Shown: in pieces, positions 35,360 to 45,659 of the stretch
How the letters are laid out: the number at the start of each line of letters is the position of its first letter
How positions within the stretch are numbered: position 1 is the stretch's first letter
Source of the DNA: a virus
Lineage: Duplodnaviria > Caudoviricetes
Length of the DNA stretch: 64,000 bases
Reading direction: 5' to 3' (one strand)
IMG/VR virus record: IMGVR_UViG_3300044740_000023
Location: 1 to 64,000 of that record
The notes under the pieces: model-generated
Seen by the model: the letters and a program-made list of their open reading frames with translations, nothing else
The model's database searches: none
What the model was told of the DNA's origin: nothing
Program-made: the position numbers and the translations under genes

Positions 35360-36730
35360 TCAACGTGCCCGCATTTCCATGTTCGCGGGATCGAGTGTGA
35401 AATGACCGACGCCTTCCTGCGTGTGGCGACACTTCACCCACAGCATCTCTGCGTCGGTGGGCTTTAGCCCTAACGACAGTTGTTCCTCTTCGCTTGCGTT
35501 CTTCTCCGGTTTGTGCAGCATCCCGATCAGGTCTGCGTTCGCCGCGATCTGACCGGAACCACGAAGGTCTGCCATCCTCGGAACCGGGTTGCCTTCCGAC
35601 GCCCGTCCCATCTTCAGCGTGTGCGCGAGACACATCACCGCGACGTTGAGGTCCTTGGCGATGCTCTCCTTGAGGAAGCGCACCTTTACCTCGTCGCGGT
35701 CGTTCGCATCTTTGATCGGCTTGTCAGGGTCGATCTGTCGGAAGTGGTCGATGACAACGAAACCGACGTTGTGGCGTCGGATCGCCTCGACGATGAGCGC
35801 GCGCAGTTGTGAGAGCCGGAAGTTGCTGGCGTAGTTGAACAGCAGCGGCAGCCCGTCCCTCGCCTTCCATTCGCGCAGCAGCAGGTTGTACTCGGCCTGC
35901 GTCACCTGTCCCTCGCGCAAGCGCATGCCGTCGATGCCGGTGAGTGACTGCGCCAGTCGCGTCGAGGAAGGTACGAGACCCATCTCCATCGACACGATTA
36001 GAGTTGCGATGCGGTGCTCCTCGGCCTTCTTCATCTGCCTCGCCGCGAAGCCCTCGGCGCACTTCCACCCCACTATCGACTTGCCCGCGCCGGGAGGACC
36101 AGCGATGAAGCACAACTCGGTCGGCGCGATGCCCTTGGTGAAGTCGTCGATGAACGGGAACCCGGTGTAGACGGCAAGCTCGATGCCCTTTTCGCGCGCG
36201 AGGCGCTGGCGCTGGAGGTAGCGCGCGTAGTCCCTGCCGGTGTCCATCCACGAGAACAACTCGGCGCGGCGTGCGGTGCCGCTCGTGATCGCCAGGGCGT
36301 CGGTGCTCATCGTCGCCGCTACCTGCTCTGGCGTCAGTTGTCCTTGCACGAGTGACGCTGTTGCCGTATCTATAACCGCGAGCAGTTGACGCCCGCTGCT
36401 CAGCTTCTTCACGATTCCGGCGTGGTCCGTCACGTTTGCGGACATGTCCCGCAGAGATATGCGGTGCAGCAGTTCCCCGGCGACAAGCTCGGGCTTCACG
36501 TCCCATGACTCGGCCAGGGTCGTGCGCAGGCGCTCCGCGATGGACAGCGGCTCGACCGGCTGATCGGCGTAGTAGCTCTCGACGGCTGCTTCGTAGAGCG
36601 CGCGTGCGTCGGCTCTGAGGAAGTCGGATGCCTCAAGTTGAGTCCCGACAACCTCCGCGATCATCTCCGGGTGGTGCAGCAAGCTCGCCGCCACGCTCCA
36701 CTCGGCCTCGGGGTTCGCGAGTTCCGTCAC
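35360..36730 (-). CDS. dnaB: DnaB-like replicative helicase
   Basis: AGPPGAGKS, SMEM, VVIDH, DLRGSGQI..NAD, KCRH. Confidence 0.93.
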   Translation of the reverse strand: MTELANPEAEWSVAASLLHHPEMIAEVVGTQLEASDFLRADARALYEAAVESYYADQPVEPLSIAERLRTTLAESWDVKPELVAGELLHRISLRDMSANVTDHAGIVKKLSSGRQLLAVIDTATASLVQGQLTPEQVAATMSTDALAITSGTARRAELFSWMDTGRDYARYLQRQRLAREKGIELAVYTGFPFIDDFTKGIAPTELCFIAGPPGAGKSIVGWKCAEGFAARQMKKAEEHRIATLIVSMEMGLVPSSTRLAQSLTGIDGMRLREGQVTQAEYNLLLREWKARDGLPLLFNYASNFRLSQLRALIVEAIRRHNVGFVVIDHFRQIDPDKPIKDANDRDEVKVRFLKESIAKDLNVAVMCLAHTLKMGRASEGNPVPRMADLRGSGQIAANADLIGMLHKPEKNASEEEQLSLGLKPTDAEMLWVKCRHTQEGVGHFTLDPANMEMRAR

Positions 36731-36957
36731 TCTGCGAACGGATAGTCCGGGCGCGACGACACATCTGCCGCCGTCACGGGCTGTCTCTTGGGCTTCCCTG
36801 CGGACTTTGCCTGCCGCCTCCGGTCAGGCTTATTCTCGTAGTAGGTCTCCAGCACCGTCGTCGCGAGGTCCTCGTCGCTGACGGTGTGCATCAGGTAGCG
36901 GTCTTGGTGTACGGCCTTTGCCGCAGCTTTCAACGCGCCATCATGCAGACGTGTCAA
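36727..36957 (-). CDS. hypothetical protein
   Basis: coupled ORF. Confidence 0.55.
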   Translation of the reverse strand: MTRLHDGALKAAAKAVHQDRYLMHTVSDEDLATTVLETYYENKPDRRRQAKSAGKPKRQPVTAADVSSRPDYPFAE

Positions 36958-37699
36958 GTTCCACCTCGCTCACGGTAAGAGTGCGCCAGCGCAGGATGCC
37001 GTTGTCGCCTACCTCGCAGACAAGTCTCAGGTGCTCCCGAAACCATGCTGCCGCTAACTCTCCGCGCTGCTTCCAACTCTCATCTCCAGGGTTGCGTAGC
37101 CAAGTCTCTAAGTGACGTTGACGCTCTCGCACACTAGGCCGTGCGTCGGACGGAAGCGTGCGGATGGCAGCGTCGATTGTTGACTCAACTGAAGTCGCGA
37201 CATCCTGTTCGACGAAGAACGAGATGCGGCTGGCAAGGTCGCCGGTGCCACGGAAGGTTCCGAAGATGTCCGTGAACTCTGTCGAACCTGCCTTGGTCTC
37301 GCGGTATCTCTGCGCGCCTTTGAGCGCACGTACCAGTACCGCGATGTCAGGCTCCTCCTTGAGCGCGCGCTCCGCTGCGCGCATTCTGCTAGGGCTGTAC
37401 GTCGCCTTCTTGCCGAAGATGCGCGCCCACTCGTCTATAAGCGTGCGACGCTCGTCGAGTCCTGGCAGCGTTTCGGGTTTCCCCCCGGACCCCCCATCCC
37501 TCTGCAAGTCCTCTTCTTGTCGGCCTTGCGGTGCGCTGTGAGCCGAAGCAAGAGGCGAAGCCTCTCCCCTACCCCCCGTACCCCCCACGCTATCAGGAAT
37601 GTCAATGGTGAGTGAAACGAGCTTCCCCCAAATTGCGCCGTTTCTGTCAACGAGGATGCCGTCCGATGTGACCTTCAGTCGCTTCTTCATGGGCAGCAC
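36941..37699 (-). CDS. putative replication initiator/helicase loader
   Basis: position upstream of dnaB; central G-run low-complexity linker. Confidence 0.5.
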   Translation of the reverse strand: MLPMKKRLKVTSDGILVDRNGAIWGKLVSLTIDIPDSVGGTGGRGEASPLASAHSAPQGRQEEDLQRDGGSGGKPETLPGLDERRTLIDEWARIFGKKATYSPSRMRAAERALKEEPDIAVLVRALKGAQRYRETKAGSTEFTDIFGTFRGTGDLASRISFFVEQDVATSVESTIDAAIRTLPSDARPSVRERQRHLETWLRNPGDESWKQRGELAAAWFREHLRLVCEVGDNGILRWRTLTVSEVELDTSA

Positions 37700-37996
37700 C
37701 TATAGCGACAGAACCCGAGTTCGGGCAACCGCCGTTCCCGCAATCACCAGGAGACTGATGCTCGCGCGCGCTCCGTCGCTTCGTAAATACCGGACGCCGG
37801 GTCGGTCGGCACCTTCTGGACCCACCCGCGAGCGATCAGCGGGCGCAGCCGGTTGAACATCGAGAGCGCCCGCGAGCGCCCGCTGTCGCTGTCCGAGAGC
37901 CACGTCCGCATCGGCCATTGGAACGAAAGCTCGTAGGCCGTCAGGCGCTCGCGGATGAGCGCGTACACGATGTCGTACTGGTACGGGTAGAGCGGC

Positions 37997-38248
37997 TCAG
38001 GGGCGCTCGACGCGCTTGACGCTGGCGGCAATCTCGGCAGCCTCCTCGGGCACGGCGATCTCCGCGATGACCTGCCGCGCGCGGTCGAACATCGCGTCGG
38101 GGATGTCGAGGTCCAGCGCGAAGCTCACGGTCGGCAGCGCTTCGCGGTTCGAGTCGTAGAGCGGCTCGTCGGTGGAGCGCACGGTCGCCGCGACTTTCGT
38201 TTTGCGGTTGCGCCCGCGCGCGACGCGCACGTAGGTCCTGACTTTCAT
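37997..38248 (-). CDS. hypothetical protein
   Basis: P.V.FAL.L.IPD.MF pattern. Confidence 0.65.
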   Translation of the reverse strand: MKVRTYVRVARGRNRKTKVAATVRSTDEPLYDSNREALPTVSFALDLDIPDAMFDRARQVIAEIAVPEEAAEIAASVKRVERP

Positions 38249-38438
38249 CGTTCCGACGCCCGGCGCACCTCGGTACGCGCTTCCTTCTCCAGCCGCTCCG
38301 CGTGGACGGTCGCGGTGATGGACTGTTCGCGTAGCTCCTTCGCCTTCGCGAGCGCCTCGCGCGCCTTGTGTAGCCGCTGCATGGCTTCGTGCTCGCTCAA
38401 CTCGCCGTGCGTCCCTCGCAGGACTAGCCTCGGCATGG

Positions 38439-39596
38439 TCATCCTCCTTTGGTCGGGACTACGGACGTGCTGGACACTCGCCGAAGCTCCAGGCTCCGGG
38501 CGAGGTCAAGCTCGCTCTTTCCGGCGATCTTCTCGACCGCCGTCTTGGACATCGTGATGGCCTCGTAGAACGAGTCTCCGAGCCGCTCGTGCAGGGCTTG
38601 GAGCGCCTGCGGTGGCAGGTAGCTCAGCTTGCGCTCAGAGACCCGCCAGCCGAGCCTCTCGCGCTCCTCTGAGGGCATCTGCTCGATCACTTCCTTGATG
38701 GCCTTCTCAGCGGCCTCCAGGTGCTTGCGCGTCTGCACGATCACGGGCAGGTCGTCGCGGATCAGCGCCTCCATCTCGTCGCCCTCGTCACCGAGCTTGA
38801 TCCGTGTCTTGCGGCCCTCTTTCGTCTGCGGCGCGATCACGGCCAGCTTCATCCGCCACACCTTCGCCGCGCGCGTGGTCTCCGGGCAGGCGATAACCAG
38901 CGGGCAGTAGGCGCACCAGTCGTTCTGCTTCGGTTCGAGGTCCTCGTCGGCCAGCGCCGCCTTGATCGTTTCGATCAGCCACACCTTCATCTGCGCGCGC
39001 TGCACTTCGTTCTTCGAGGTCAGCAGATTCCCGAACCTAAGTTGCTCGTAGCTCTGGAGCAAGCTCACGCACTCCGGGTAAAGCTCATGGATGCCGAAGT
39101 TGTACGCCCACATCTGCGGATCGCGGTCCACATCTGCCTGACTCTTCGGCCACTTGCTGCTCTTGTAGTCGCGGTGGTAAAACGAGGTCGGGTCATCCGT
39201 GCGGCGGTAGAGCGCGTCGAGTTTGAAGCGGAAGTAGAACCATTCGCCGTCGATCTGGAAGAGCGGCACGCGCACGTCGGCCTCGGCGGTGACGAGTTCG
39301 TAGCCGAGCGGCGTGTCACCCCGGTACTTGCTGAGGTCGTCGCGCAGCAGCGCGAGGTCGTCGGGAAGGAGGTGAGCGGCGTAGGTCGGCCAGACTTGAG
39401 TCACGGCGTCCTGGTCGGTGGCCCCTTCCTCGACGGCGTGGATGGCGTCGTGGATCGCGCTGCCGTAGGCGTTCTTCCAGTCGGTTTCGCCGGGCACATG
39501 CCCTTCGTGGCGCTGCATGCCGTGGGCGAAGCGCATCGGGCACTCGCGCCAGTTGAGGAGGTCGGAGATGCCGATGCTGTTGCCGGGAAGCTTCAC
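38439..39596 (-). CDS. Cas4/RecB-like PD-(D/E)xK exonuclease
   Basis: W.ECP, GSAIH..., KLDAL...DYKS, Q...Y, C..CP....C. Confidence 0.85.
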   Translation of the reverse strand: MKLPGNSIGISDLLNWRECPMRFAHGMQRHEGHVPGETDWKNAYGSAIHDAIHAVEEGATDQDAVTQVWPTYAAHLLPDDLALLRDDLSKYRGDTPLGYELVTAEADVRVPLFQIDGEWFYFRFKLDALYRRTDDPTSFYHRDYKSSKWPKSQADVDRDPQMWAYNFGIHELYPECVSLLQSYEQLRFGNLLTSKNEVQRAQMKVWLIETIKAALADEDLEPKQNDWCAYCPLVIACPETTRAAKVWRMKLAVIAPQTKEGRKTRIKLGDEGDEMEALIRDDLPVIVQTRKHLEAAEKAIKEVIEQMPSEERERLGWRVSERKLSYLPPQALQALHERLGDSFYEAITMSKTAVEKIAGKSELDLARSLELRRVSSTSVVPTKGG

Positions 39597-40327
39597 CGCA
39601 CTCCCACCGAGACCTTGCTTCGCGATTTCGGACTCGCGAGCCAGCAGTCCCGACAGAGCACCGCGCCGCGTCGCTTCAACTCCCGACCGCAGTCGTGGCA
39701 TTTCGGTTTCGGCGTCGAAGCAGCTTTGCGGGCGCGGCTGATCTTTTCGCGCGTGCTCTGCGATTTCGCGGCGCATGGCTTCGAGCAGAACCGCTGACGG
39801 CGGCTCTCTTTGTAGTACGCCTTCCCACACTCGTCGCAATGCGCCTCCATCCGGCAGCCCCTAGAGCAGAACCGTGGCGGCTTCTGACTTGGGTAGGCAT
39901 GGAACCGAAAGTCGGCCCCGCACCGCTCGCAGGCGGCTTCCGATAGCGCATCCTCGCCCCGACGCATCGTAGATTTGGAGTCGTCGCGCAGCGAAATGAC
40001 CGTGCGCGGACGCTCCCCGTCGAACTCCAGTCGAGCCACGATGCTCGTGACCTGTGAGTCGTCGAGCCACGCGATACCGTTCGCTGCGTCGAGCACCTGC
40101 TTGACGAGGTTGTCGAGGTCGATGCGCTGCCGGTTGCTGCGATAAAAGATCAGCCCGACCTGCACATTCCCTCGAAACGCTCTCCCGCCAATCGCGCGGC
40201 GGATTTCCCAACCGAGAAGTTCTGCGTTCTCGCGCTGCGCCTTCGGCGTGTACGCGCCCCGACTCGTGACCCGAGGTCGTGCCTTTGAACATGGCTGCCC
40301 CTCCACCGTGAGATCGACTCGTCGCAT
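39593..40327 (-). CDS. rusA: RusA-like Holliday junction resolvase with C-terminal Zn fingers
   Basis: SKARPR, DLDNLVK.VLDA.NG..W.DDSQV; CxxC..FCS..C repeats. Confidence 0.88.
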   Translation of the reverse strand: MRRVDLTVEGQPCSKARPRVTSRGAYTPKAQRENAELLGWEIRRAIGGRAFRGNVQVGLIFYRSNRQRIDLDNLVKQVLDAANGIAWLDDSQVTSIVARLEFDGERPRTVISLRDDSKSTMRRGEDALSEAACERCGADFRFHAYPSQKPPRFCSRGCRMEAHCDECGKAYYKESRRQRFCSKPCAAKSQSTREKISRARKAASTPKPKCHDCGRELKRRGAVLCRDCWLASPKSRSKVSVGVR

Positions 40328-40335
40328 TCGTGTCG

Positions 40336-41337
40336 TCAGGAGGCGACATCATCCGTGTTGCCCTGACTTGAGTCCCCCGAAGAGGGCTGCACCTCAGCGA
40401 GCGCGGTCTCCAGCCTGCGGATCATGCCGCGCCGCACCTCCAGCGGCGCGTCGTCGGGCTTGCTCCAGCCGCCCTCCTTGCTGCGCTCGGTCCACCACGC
40501 CGAGAACTTCGACCACGCCTCGGGGTCGCGTGCCTGGAGTTCCCCGGCGAGCATCGGCAGGCGCTCGCGCACCTGCTCAGCCGTTTCCTGCCCCTGTGCG
40601 GCCTCGGGAAGCTCGATGGGAGCCTCCTCTGCGGTGCCGCGCAGTTCCGCCATGTCCTCAAACGTGGCGACACCCGTGCCGACGATGAGGATGCCCGCCA
40701 TGCCGAGGGCACGACCGATGGCCCCGGTCTCGGCCTTCGCCAGCGCGTTCACGTCGCTCGTCGTCGCCAGAACTTGCTTCGTGGCAACGCCTTCACGAGA
40801 AGGGCGCGGGCGCTCCTCGGTCCAGTCCTTCTTGCCGTCAGGTAGCTGGACTTCGTGGCCGGTGCTGGAGTGCCACGCCTCGGTCTCGTACAGCGCGACG
40901 CGCATGGTGCAGCAGAGGAAGCGCACAAAGTTCTGACCCTCGCCCCGAACGACATGCCAGAAGAACCCCGCAGGCATGTTCGCGTTGTAGAACGGGGAAT
41001 CCTTATCGTCGATCTGCGGCACGGAGACCGGCTCGATGACGGCCACCTTGTCGGTGAGAGCGGCTAGCTTGCGGAAGTAGACGATGCGCGTGTCCACTCG
41101 AACGTAGGGCGTGTACGTCATCTCGTACACATCTTCAGTCCCTATGCGCCCGTTGCGTTCGACCTGCTTTTTCACCTTCTCGGATGCCGGGATTATCGTC
41201 ACGCCATTGACGAAATCCTCATGCTGCATCCCCTCGTCGAGCGGAACGGTTCTAAACCACTCCGCAACTTCCTCGCTCGATGGCCGGTGAAACCGCCATC
41301 TCCCTCCCTCGCGCACCGGGCTATTTGGTATCGACAT
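40336..41337 (-). CDS. putative single-strand annealing recombinase (Sak/Rad52-like)
   Basis: AKAETGAIGRALG..GI motif; near exonuclease. Confidence 0.5.
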   Translation of the reverse strand: MSIPNSPVREGGRWRFHRPSSEEVAEWFRTVPLDEGMQHEDFVNGVTIIPASEKVKKQVERNGRIGTEDVYEMTYTPYVRVDTRIVYFRKLAALTDKVAVIEPVSVPQIDDKDSPFYNANMPAGFFWHVVRGEGQNFVRFLCCTMRVALYETEAWHSSTGHEVQLPDGKKDWTEERPRPSREGVATKQVLATTSDVNALAKAETGAIGRALGMAGILIVGTGVATFEDMAELRGTAEEAPIELPEAAQGQETAEQVRERLPMLAGELQARDPEAWSKFSAWWTERSKEGGWSKPDDAPLEVRRGMIRRLETALAEVQPSSGDSSQGNTDDVAS

Positions 41338-41779
41338 GGACCCTCCGATAGTGCTCAATGCCGTGGTGCTTGGCACATAGCCAGCGAACGGCAAGCGGTT
41401 TGCTGTAGTCGTCGTGGTGCGCCTCGATGCGCCCTTCGCATCCCACGCCCACTTCACACGGCCCTCGCCTTAGCGTGCCATCCGCCAGCGCATGCTTGAC
41501 CGCTTTTCGCGCTCGCACCTTCTGATCGGTCGGCTGAATATGACCGCGCGCTCGTTTGCGCGCCACTCTCTTGCGCAAGCGATCTTCAATTCGCCGCCGA
41601 TGCTTGTTGCGGTCATGGAACGCTGCGTCCTTACACCGCTTCGAGCAGTAGCGTTGTGGCTCACCGCTGCTACGCGGCGTGAACGGTTCTCCGCAAAGTG
41701 CGCAGTTCATAATCTCCAGGGGGTCGATGTGTGGACTGAATCTACATCTGGCCTCGGACGTAAAAGAGGCGCGCCGCAA
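41321..41779 (-). CDS. HNH-like endonuclease with N-terminal Zn finger
   Basis: CALCG..YCSKRC; HHDDYSKPLAVRWLC.KHH; paralog of 11908..12237. Confidence 0.8.
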   Translation of the reverse strand: MRRASFTSEARCRFSPHIDPLEIMNCALCGEPFTPRSSGEPQRYCSKRCKDAAFHDRNKHRRRIEDRLRKRVARKRARGHIQPTDQKVRARKAVKHALADGTLRRGPCEVGVGCEGRIEAHHDDYSKPLAVRWLCAKHHGIEHYRRVHVDTK

Positions 41780-41882
41780 CTCCCCGCGCGACGCGCCCCG
41801 GCCCCCTGGATGAGAGGCGCAATTAGCGTAACTTGCGTCGCGGCGTCACATGCCGTCCGACCCATGTGTAGACTCCCTCCAC

Positions 41883-42173
41883 ATGGAGAACGAGAACGGA
41901 GCGCGTCAGCACGAGAGCGACGAGTCGGTCGCGATGCGGGCGATGCAACCAGAGCCAGAGCAGCAACCCGCGCTGCCGATGCGCGAGGAATACCCGACGT
42001 TCGGCGTGAGCATCGCGGACACCGAGGACGGCGGTCGCGCGCTCATCATTCAGGTGCCCTACCCGCGCAAGACGATGATCCTGCCATTCACCGCCGAGAA
42101 CGCCGTGGCGGTCGGCCAGAAGCTCAGCGCCCCGCGCGTGGTAGTCGCAGATCGCGTGCCTCCGACCGGCTGA
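41883..42173 (+). CDS. hypothetical protein
   Basis: clean ORF divergent from replication cluster. Confidence 0.55.
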   Translation: MENENGARQHESDESVAMRAMQPEPEQQPALPMREEYPTFGVSIADTEDGGRALIIQVPYPRKTMILPFTAENAVAVGQKLSAPRVVVADRVPPTG

Positions 42174-42379
42174 TGTTCACGCCTGAGCAGATCGCAGCCG
42201 GGACGACGGCACTCGGATTACCGTTGACGCTGGAGTATTCGGTGCCGTGCATGGACGGGCAGTCGGCGTGCCGCAAGATATTCGGGAGCGACCGGAGTCA
42301 GGCCGAAGCCTGCGCGAAGAACGAGCGTAGTCTCGTCGAGGTCCGCCTGACGACGGGCTGGATCAAGCTCCCCGATTAG
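42173..42379 (+). CDS. hypothetical protein
   Basis: TGATG coupling. Confidence 0.5.
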   Translation: MFTPEQIAAGTTALGLPLTLEYSVPCMDGQSACRKIFGSDRSQAEACAKNERSLVEVRLTTGWIKLPD

Positions 42380-43968
42380 ACGCCGTTGGGGATGGTCGCG
42401 CGGGCACCGGGACCAACGCCCTGTTCGCCCAAGCCCAACGGCCATCCGGTGCGCGTCAGGTCGATGGTGTCGCCCGAGTGGACACCGATCTGACGGCGCT
42501 GATAGTAGGGCACGATGGTCGCCTGAGCATGCGCCAGTACCGAGTGGTATCCGACCGAGTTCCATGAGCCTTCGATGCTCGCCGCTGCGACCTGCGCAGG
42601 TGTCCACAGCAGGCTCGTCGCGATGTTCGGGTTTTCCCCGCCGCTCAAGTACGTCGGCCCTTTGTAGAGCGCTTCGGGCGGTTTCAGAAAGCCAGTAATG
42701 CTCGGTTCTTCACCGGGCGATTTGAGTTCACCTTTTTCATTGTAGGCAGTCGGAAGGCTGACGGCAGTAACGGTCTGCGGCCCCAATTTGTCGTTGCAAC
42801 CGAGAGGGCATTTGTGGAAGTTGTCACAATACGGACTTGGCGCTTCGGGTTCGTGATTCAGGAGTCCTTGCCCAAATTCGATCCCGCTACCGTAGACCCA
42901 AATGACGATTGCGCACCAGTCCGGTTGGGGCAGGCACGTCCCGAGTAGACCGGCGAGGGCCAGCGAGATGCCGAAGCCTGCGGACGTACCGTCAAACGCT
43001 TCGCCGTAAGGTAGTAGGCATTCCTCAAAACCTGTCGGTTCGTGGCAGACGATCACGGGCGGCGAACCTTCCGCTTTTGCGTTCCCATCGACCGCGCATG
43101 TGATGGTCGCACCCGTGAAGATGTCCTCTTTCGACACCGTGCCGCGCTGATGCACAGGCCCCGTTCCGCGACGCATCCGGTTGAACCACTTGAGCGGCGG
43201 GGTCTGCGTGACGGGCTTGATGTCGGGGTCAACATCGACAATCACCGCAGTCGGTTCTTTGTGGCCGGGTTCGTGGCCGAGTGCTTCGCCCGCGCGCAGC
43301 ACACCGCCGACATGGAGGGTCGTCGCATCGCTGCCGCGCGGTGTGGCCGGACACGTATTTTCGGGCAGGGTGTTGGTGAGTTCGTTCACGTTGTCCGCCG
43401 TTGCCGTCACATGTCCCGCCAGATGCAGGCGAGTGCCGTGGACTGCGTATTCAGAATCGACATCGGCAAACGCGGGGAGGAGGAATCCGCCCATCGCGGC
43501 ATATCCGGGCGCATCTTCTTCTTCCACGAGCAGCCAGCGCGCGTTGCCGAGGACGAGCGCGAGTCGAAACGGCTGCGTGTACTGCGGTTCTTTTTTCCAG
43601 CCTTCACCTTCAGGGGTCTCGCTGTACCATTCTGCTTCAGGAGGCGGGGCGTTGACGGACGCCGGGACTGGAGTCGTGAGAACAAGCGTGCCGTCTGCTT
43701 TCATCGTGGCGTTGAAGTGCTCCGCGATCTCCAGCGCCGTGTTGCAGGCGTCCGTGGTGCCGTTCGGCTGAATGGGGAACGTGAGCGAGGTATCTTTCGC
43801 GGGTCGATACGCCGGGGGCAACAGGGTCAGGATCGTCGTGGTCGCGCTAGGCGCCACCGAATAGATTTCGCCGGTCAGGTAGACGTAGCCCTTGTGCTGA
43901 TAGGCGTACACATTGTTGCCGGGTTCGTCCTTCCAACCCGTGTGCAGGTAGGGCGCGAGTGCGATCAT
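42376..43968 (-). CDS. minor tail/receptor-binding protein (paralog 2)
   Basis: HKGYVYL.G...LLPPAYRP fibre domain; paralogous to 43965..45659. Confidence 0.75.
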   Translation of the reverse strand: MIALAPYLHTGWKDEPGNNVYAYQHKGYVYLTGEIYSVAPSATTTILTLLPPAYRPAKDTSLTFPIQPNGTTDACNTALEIAEHFNATMKADGTLVLTTPVPASVNAPPPEAEWYSETPEGEGWKKEPQYTQPFRLALVLGNARWLLVEEEDAPGYAAMGGFLLPAFADVDSEYAVHGTRLHLAGHVTATADNVNELTNTLPENTCPATPRGSDATTLHVGGVLRAGEALGHEPGHKEPTAVIVDVDPDIKPVTQTPPLKWFNRMRRGTGPVHQRGTVSKEDIFTGATITCAVDGNAKAEGSPPVIVCHEPTGFEECLLPYGEAFDGTSAGFGISLALAGLLGTCLPQPDWCAIVIWVYGSGIEFGQGLLNHEPEAPSPYCDNFHKCPLGCNDKLGPQTVTAVSLPTAYNEKGELKSPGEEPSITGFLKPPEALYKGPTYLSGGENPNIATSLLWTPAQVAAASIEGSWNSVGYHSVLAHAQATIVPYYQRRQIGVHSGDTIDLTRTGWPLGLGEQGVGPGARATIPNGV

Positions 43969-45659
43969 CGGTTGCGCTCCGGTAGTCGCACCATGCCGCG
44001 CGTACCGCTGCCGATCAGCGTGGCGGCACCTTCCTGACGTAGTTCGACGCCCTGCCAGCCGCAGTTCGTGAGGTCGAGCACGTCGCCTTTGTGCATCCCG
44101 TACTGACGCTTCTCGTAGTAGGGGAAGATGATCGCTTGGTAGCCGACTCGCGCAAGCCATGTGCGGAATTTGCCGAAGGTGATCTGAACGGTGGCCGATT
44201 CGCCGCCCTTCCAGAGCAGCGAAGCCACGCACCCGTCGCGCAGGCCGATACCCGGTGAGCCTTTGTAGTGCGAGGCGGGCGGTTTGAGGTAGCCCTTCGG
44301 GAAGAGTCCTTTGCCCGCGCCTTCGCCCTGTTCCAATGGCACGACTGGAGTCACGCCATCTTCAAGCACCCATGATGGCGTTATGACTCCCTGCATGTTG
44401 CGCGACCAGTTTTCGACAACTTCGCATCCACAATTTTCGGGATAGCCGCCTTTGTGCTGCGTTTCCGCGTTCTGCGGATCGGGGCCGTTCGGCACAGCCA
44501 CGTCCTGCTGCGCTTCGAGCGTGAGCTTGACAAGGAACCAGTCGGGCGCAGGGTTGACGAGCGAAAAGAGTTCGGACACATCGAAGAAAAGGTCCGGCAA
44601 TGTGCCGTTCTGCGTGTTACACATGAACGACGCTTTGCTATGAGGCGGTTCGGGATCTTCACAATGAAATTCGGTTTTGACGGTGCTGCCGACTGCCGTC
44701 CGATACGCCTTGCGACCGAACCCCGAAATCTCTCCGGGGTAGAAACCCGCGCTCTTGGGAGAGGTGTAGTTGCTGTCTCCTTCGCTCACCTGCCCGGCGT
44801 GATCCGCAAGCGGCGGCGAATCTCCTGCCGGGTGCATCACGTCGGAGGGAAGCCAGAGGTTGTAGTGTTTTGTGACTTCGTTGAACGAGTAGGTGACAGG
44901 CCAGCCGTCGAAGGTCGCGAAGTCGCTTCCGCCGTGACCAACACCGAGGCCAGTCTCCTCTTCACCCGTCGTCGGGAACGAGTCGAGCATGGTGAGCACA
45001 CCGGGACTGTCCAATGCCGCAACTAAAGCCCCGGCAAGATGCACTCGTTGTGGCTGCTCTTCGACCGGCCACGGCCAGGGTTCGTGCGCGCCGTGCATCG
45101 ACCATTCCGAACCGCTGTCGGTGAAGTCCGCGTGCAGATAGCTGCCAAGCGGAGCGAGAGTCGGCGCGAAGTCGTCGGTGTATTTGATCGCCCCTACGGG
45201 CCAGCGGCAGTTGCCGAGGTTGATCGTCAGCGCATACGGATGCGTGAAGAGCGCGAGCGGCGCTTCCCCGTGTTCGGTGTAGTGGTAGTACGTGCCGCTG
45301 GAGGGCGTCGTCGTGAGCAGCGACGGGAACGTGTCGAGCGTGATCGTGCCGCTCGGGTCCACGGTGGCGGTGTACGTGCGCGGCAGGCGCAGCGCGCCGA
45401 CCGAGTAGTCGTCCGTGCTGGTGGGATCGCAGGCGACCGTGATTTTGACGGGTGCGCTCGGGCGCGCCTCGGCAGGCAGGCCCGTCAGCAGGACCGGACT
45501 GGTGGGCACCGTGCCGGGCGGTTCCGTGCCGACGCGCCCGACCAGATAGCAGTAGCCCCGGTGCAGGTAGTAGACGATGGCTGAGGAGTTGAACGGCGCG
45601 TTCCAGCCGGGCTGGACGGTGCCAGCGCTTTGCGTTACGCCTCCCGCGAGGATCGGCAT
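43965..45659 (-). CDS. minor tail/receptor-binding protein (paralog 1)
   Basis: HRGYCYL.G...GLPAEARP fibre domain. Confidence 0.75.
   Translation of the reverse strand: MPILAGGVTQSAGTVQPGWNAPFNSSAIVYYLHRGYCYLVGRVGTEPPGTVPTSPVLLTGLPAEARPSAPVKITVACDPTSTDDYSVGALRLPRTYTATVDPSGTITLDTFPSLLTTTPSSGTYYHYTEHGEAPLALFTHPYALTINLGNCRWPVGAIKYTDDFAPTLAPLGSYLHADFTDSGSEWSMHGAHEPWPWPVEEQPQRVHLAGALVAALDSPGVLTMLDSFPTTGEEETGLGVGHGGSDFATFDGWPVTYSFNEVTKHYNLWLPSDVMHPAGDSPPLADHAGQVSEGDSNYTSPKSAGFYPGEISGFGRKAYRTAVGSTVKTEFHCEDPEPPHSKASFMCNTQNGTLPDLFFDVSELFSLVNPAPDWFLVKLTLEAQQDVAVPNGPDPQNAETQHKGGYPENCGCEVVENWSRNMQGVITPSWVLEDGVTPVVPLEQGEGAGKGLFPKGYLKPPASHYKGSPGIGLRDGCVASLLWKGGESATVQITFGKFRTWLARVGYQAIIFPYYEKRQYGMHKGDVLDLTNCGWQGVELRQEGAATLIGSGTRGMVRLPERNR

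Noticed and set aside
37484-37590. G-run cluster as a G-quadruplex or iteron origin
   Set aside because: Runs are few and lie in a low-complexity linker; no repeated iterons seen
42376-45659. diversity-generating retroelement
   Set aside because: No reverse transcriptase and no near-identical TR/VR pair differing at adenines; paralogs are highly diverged
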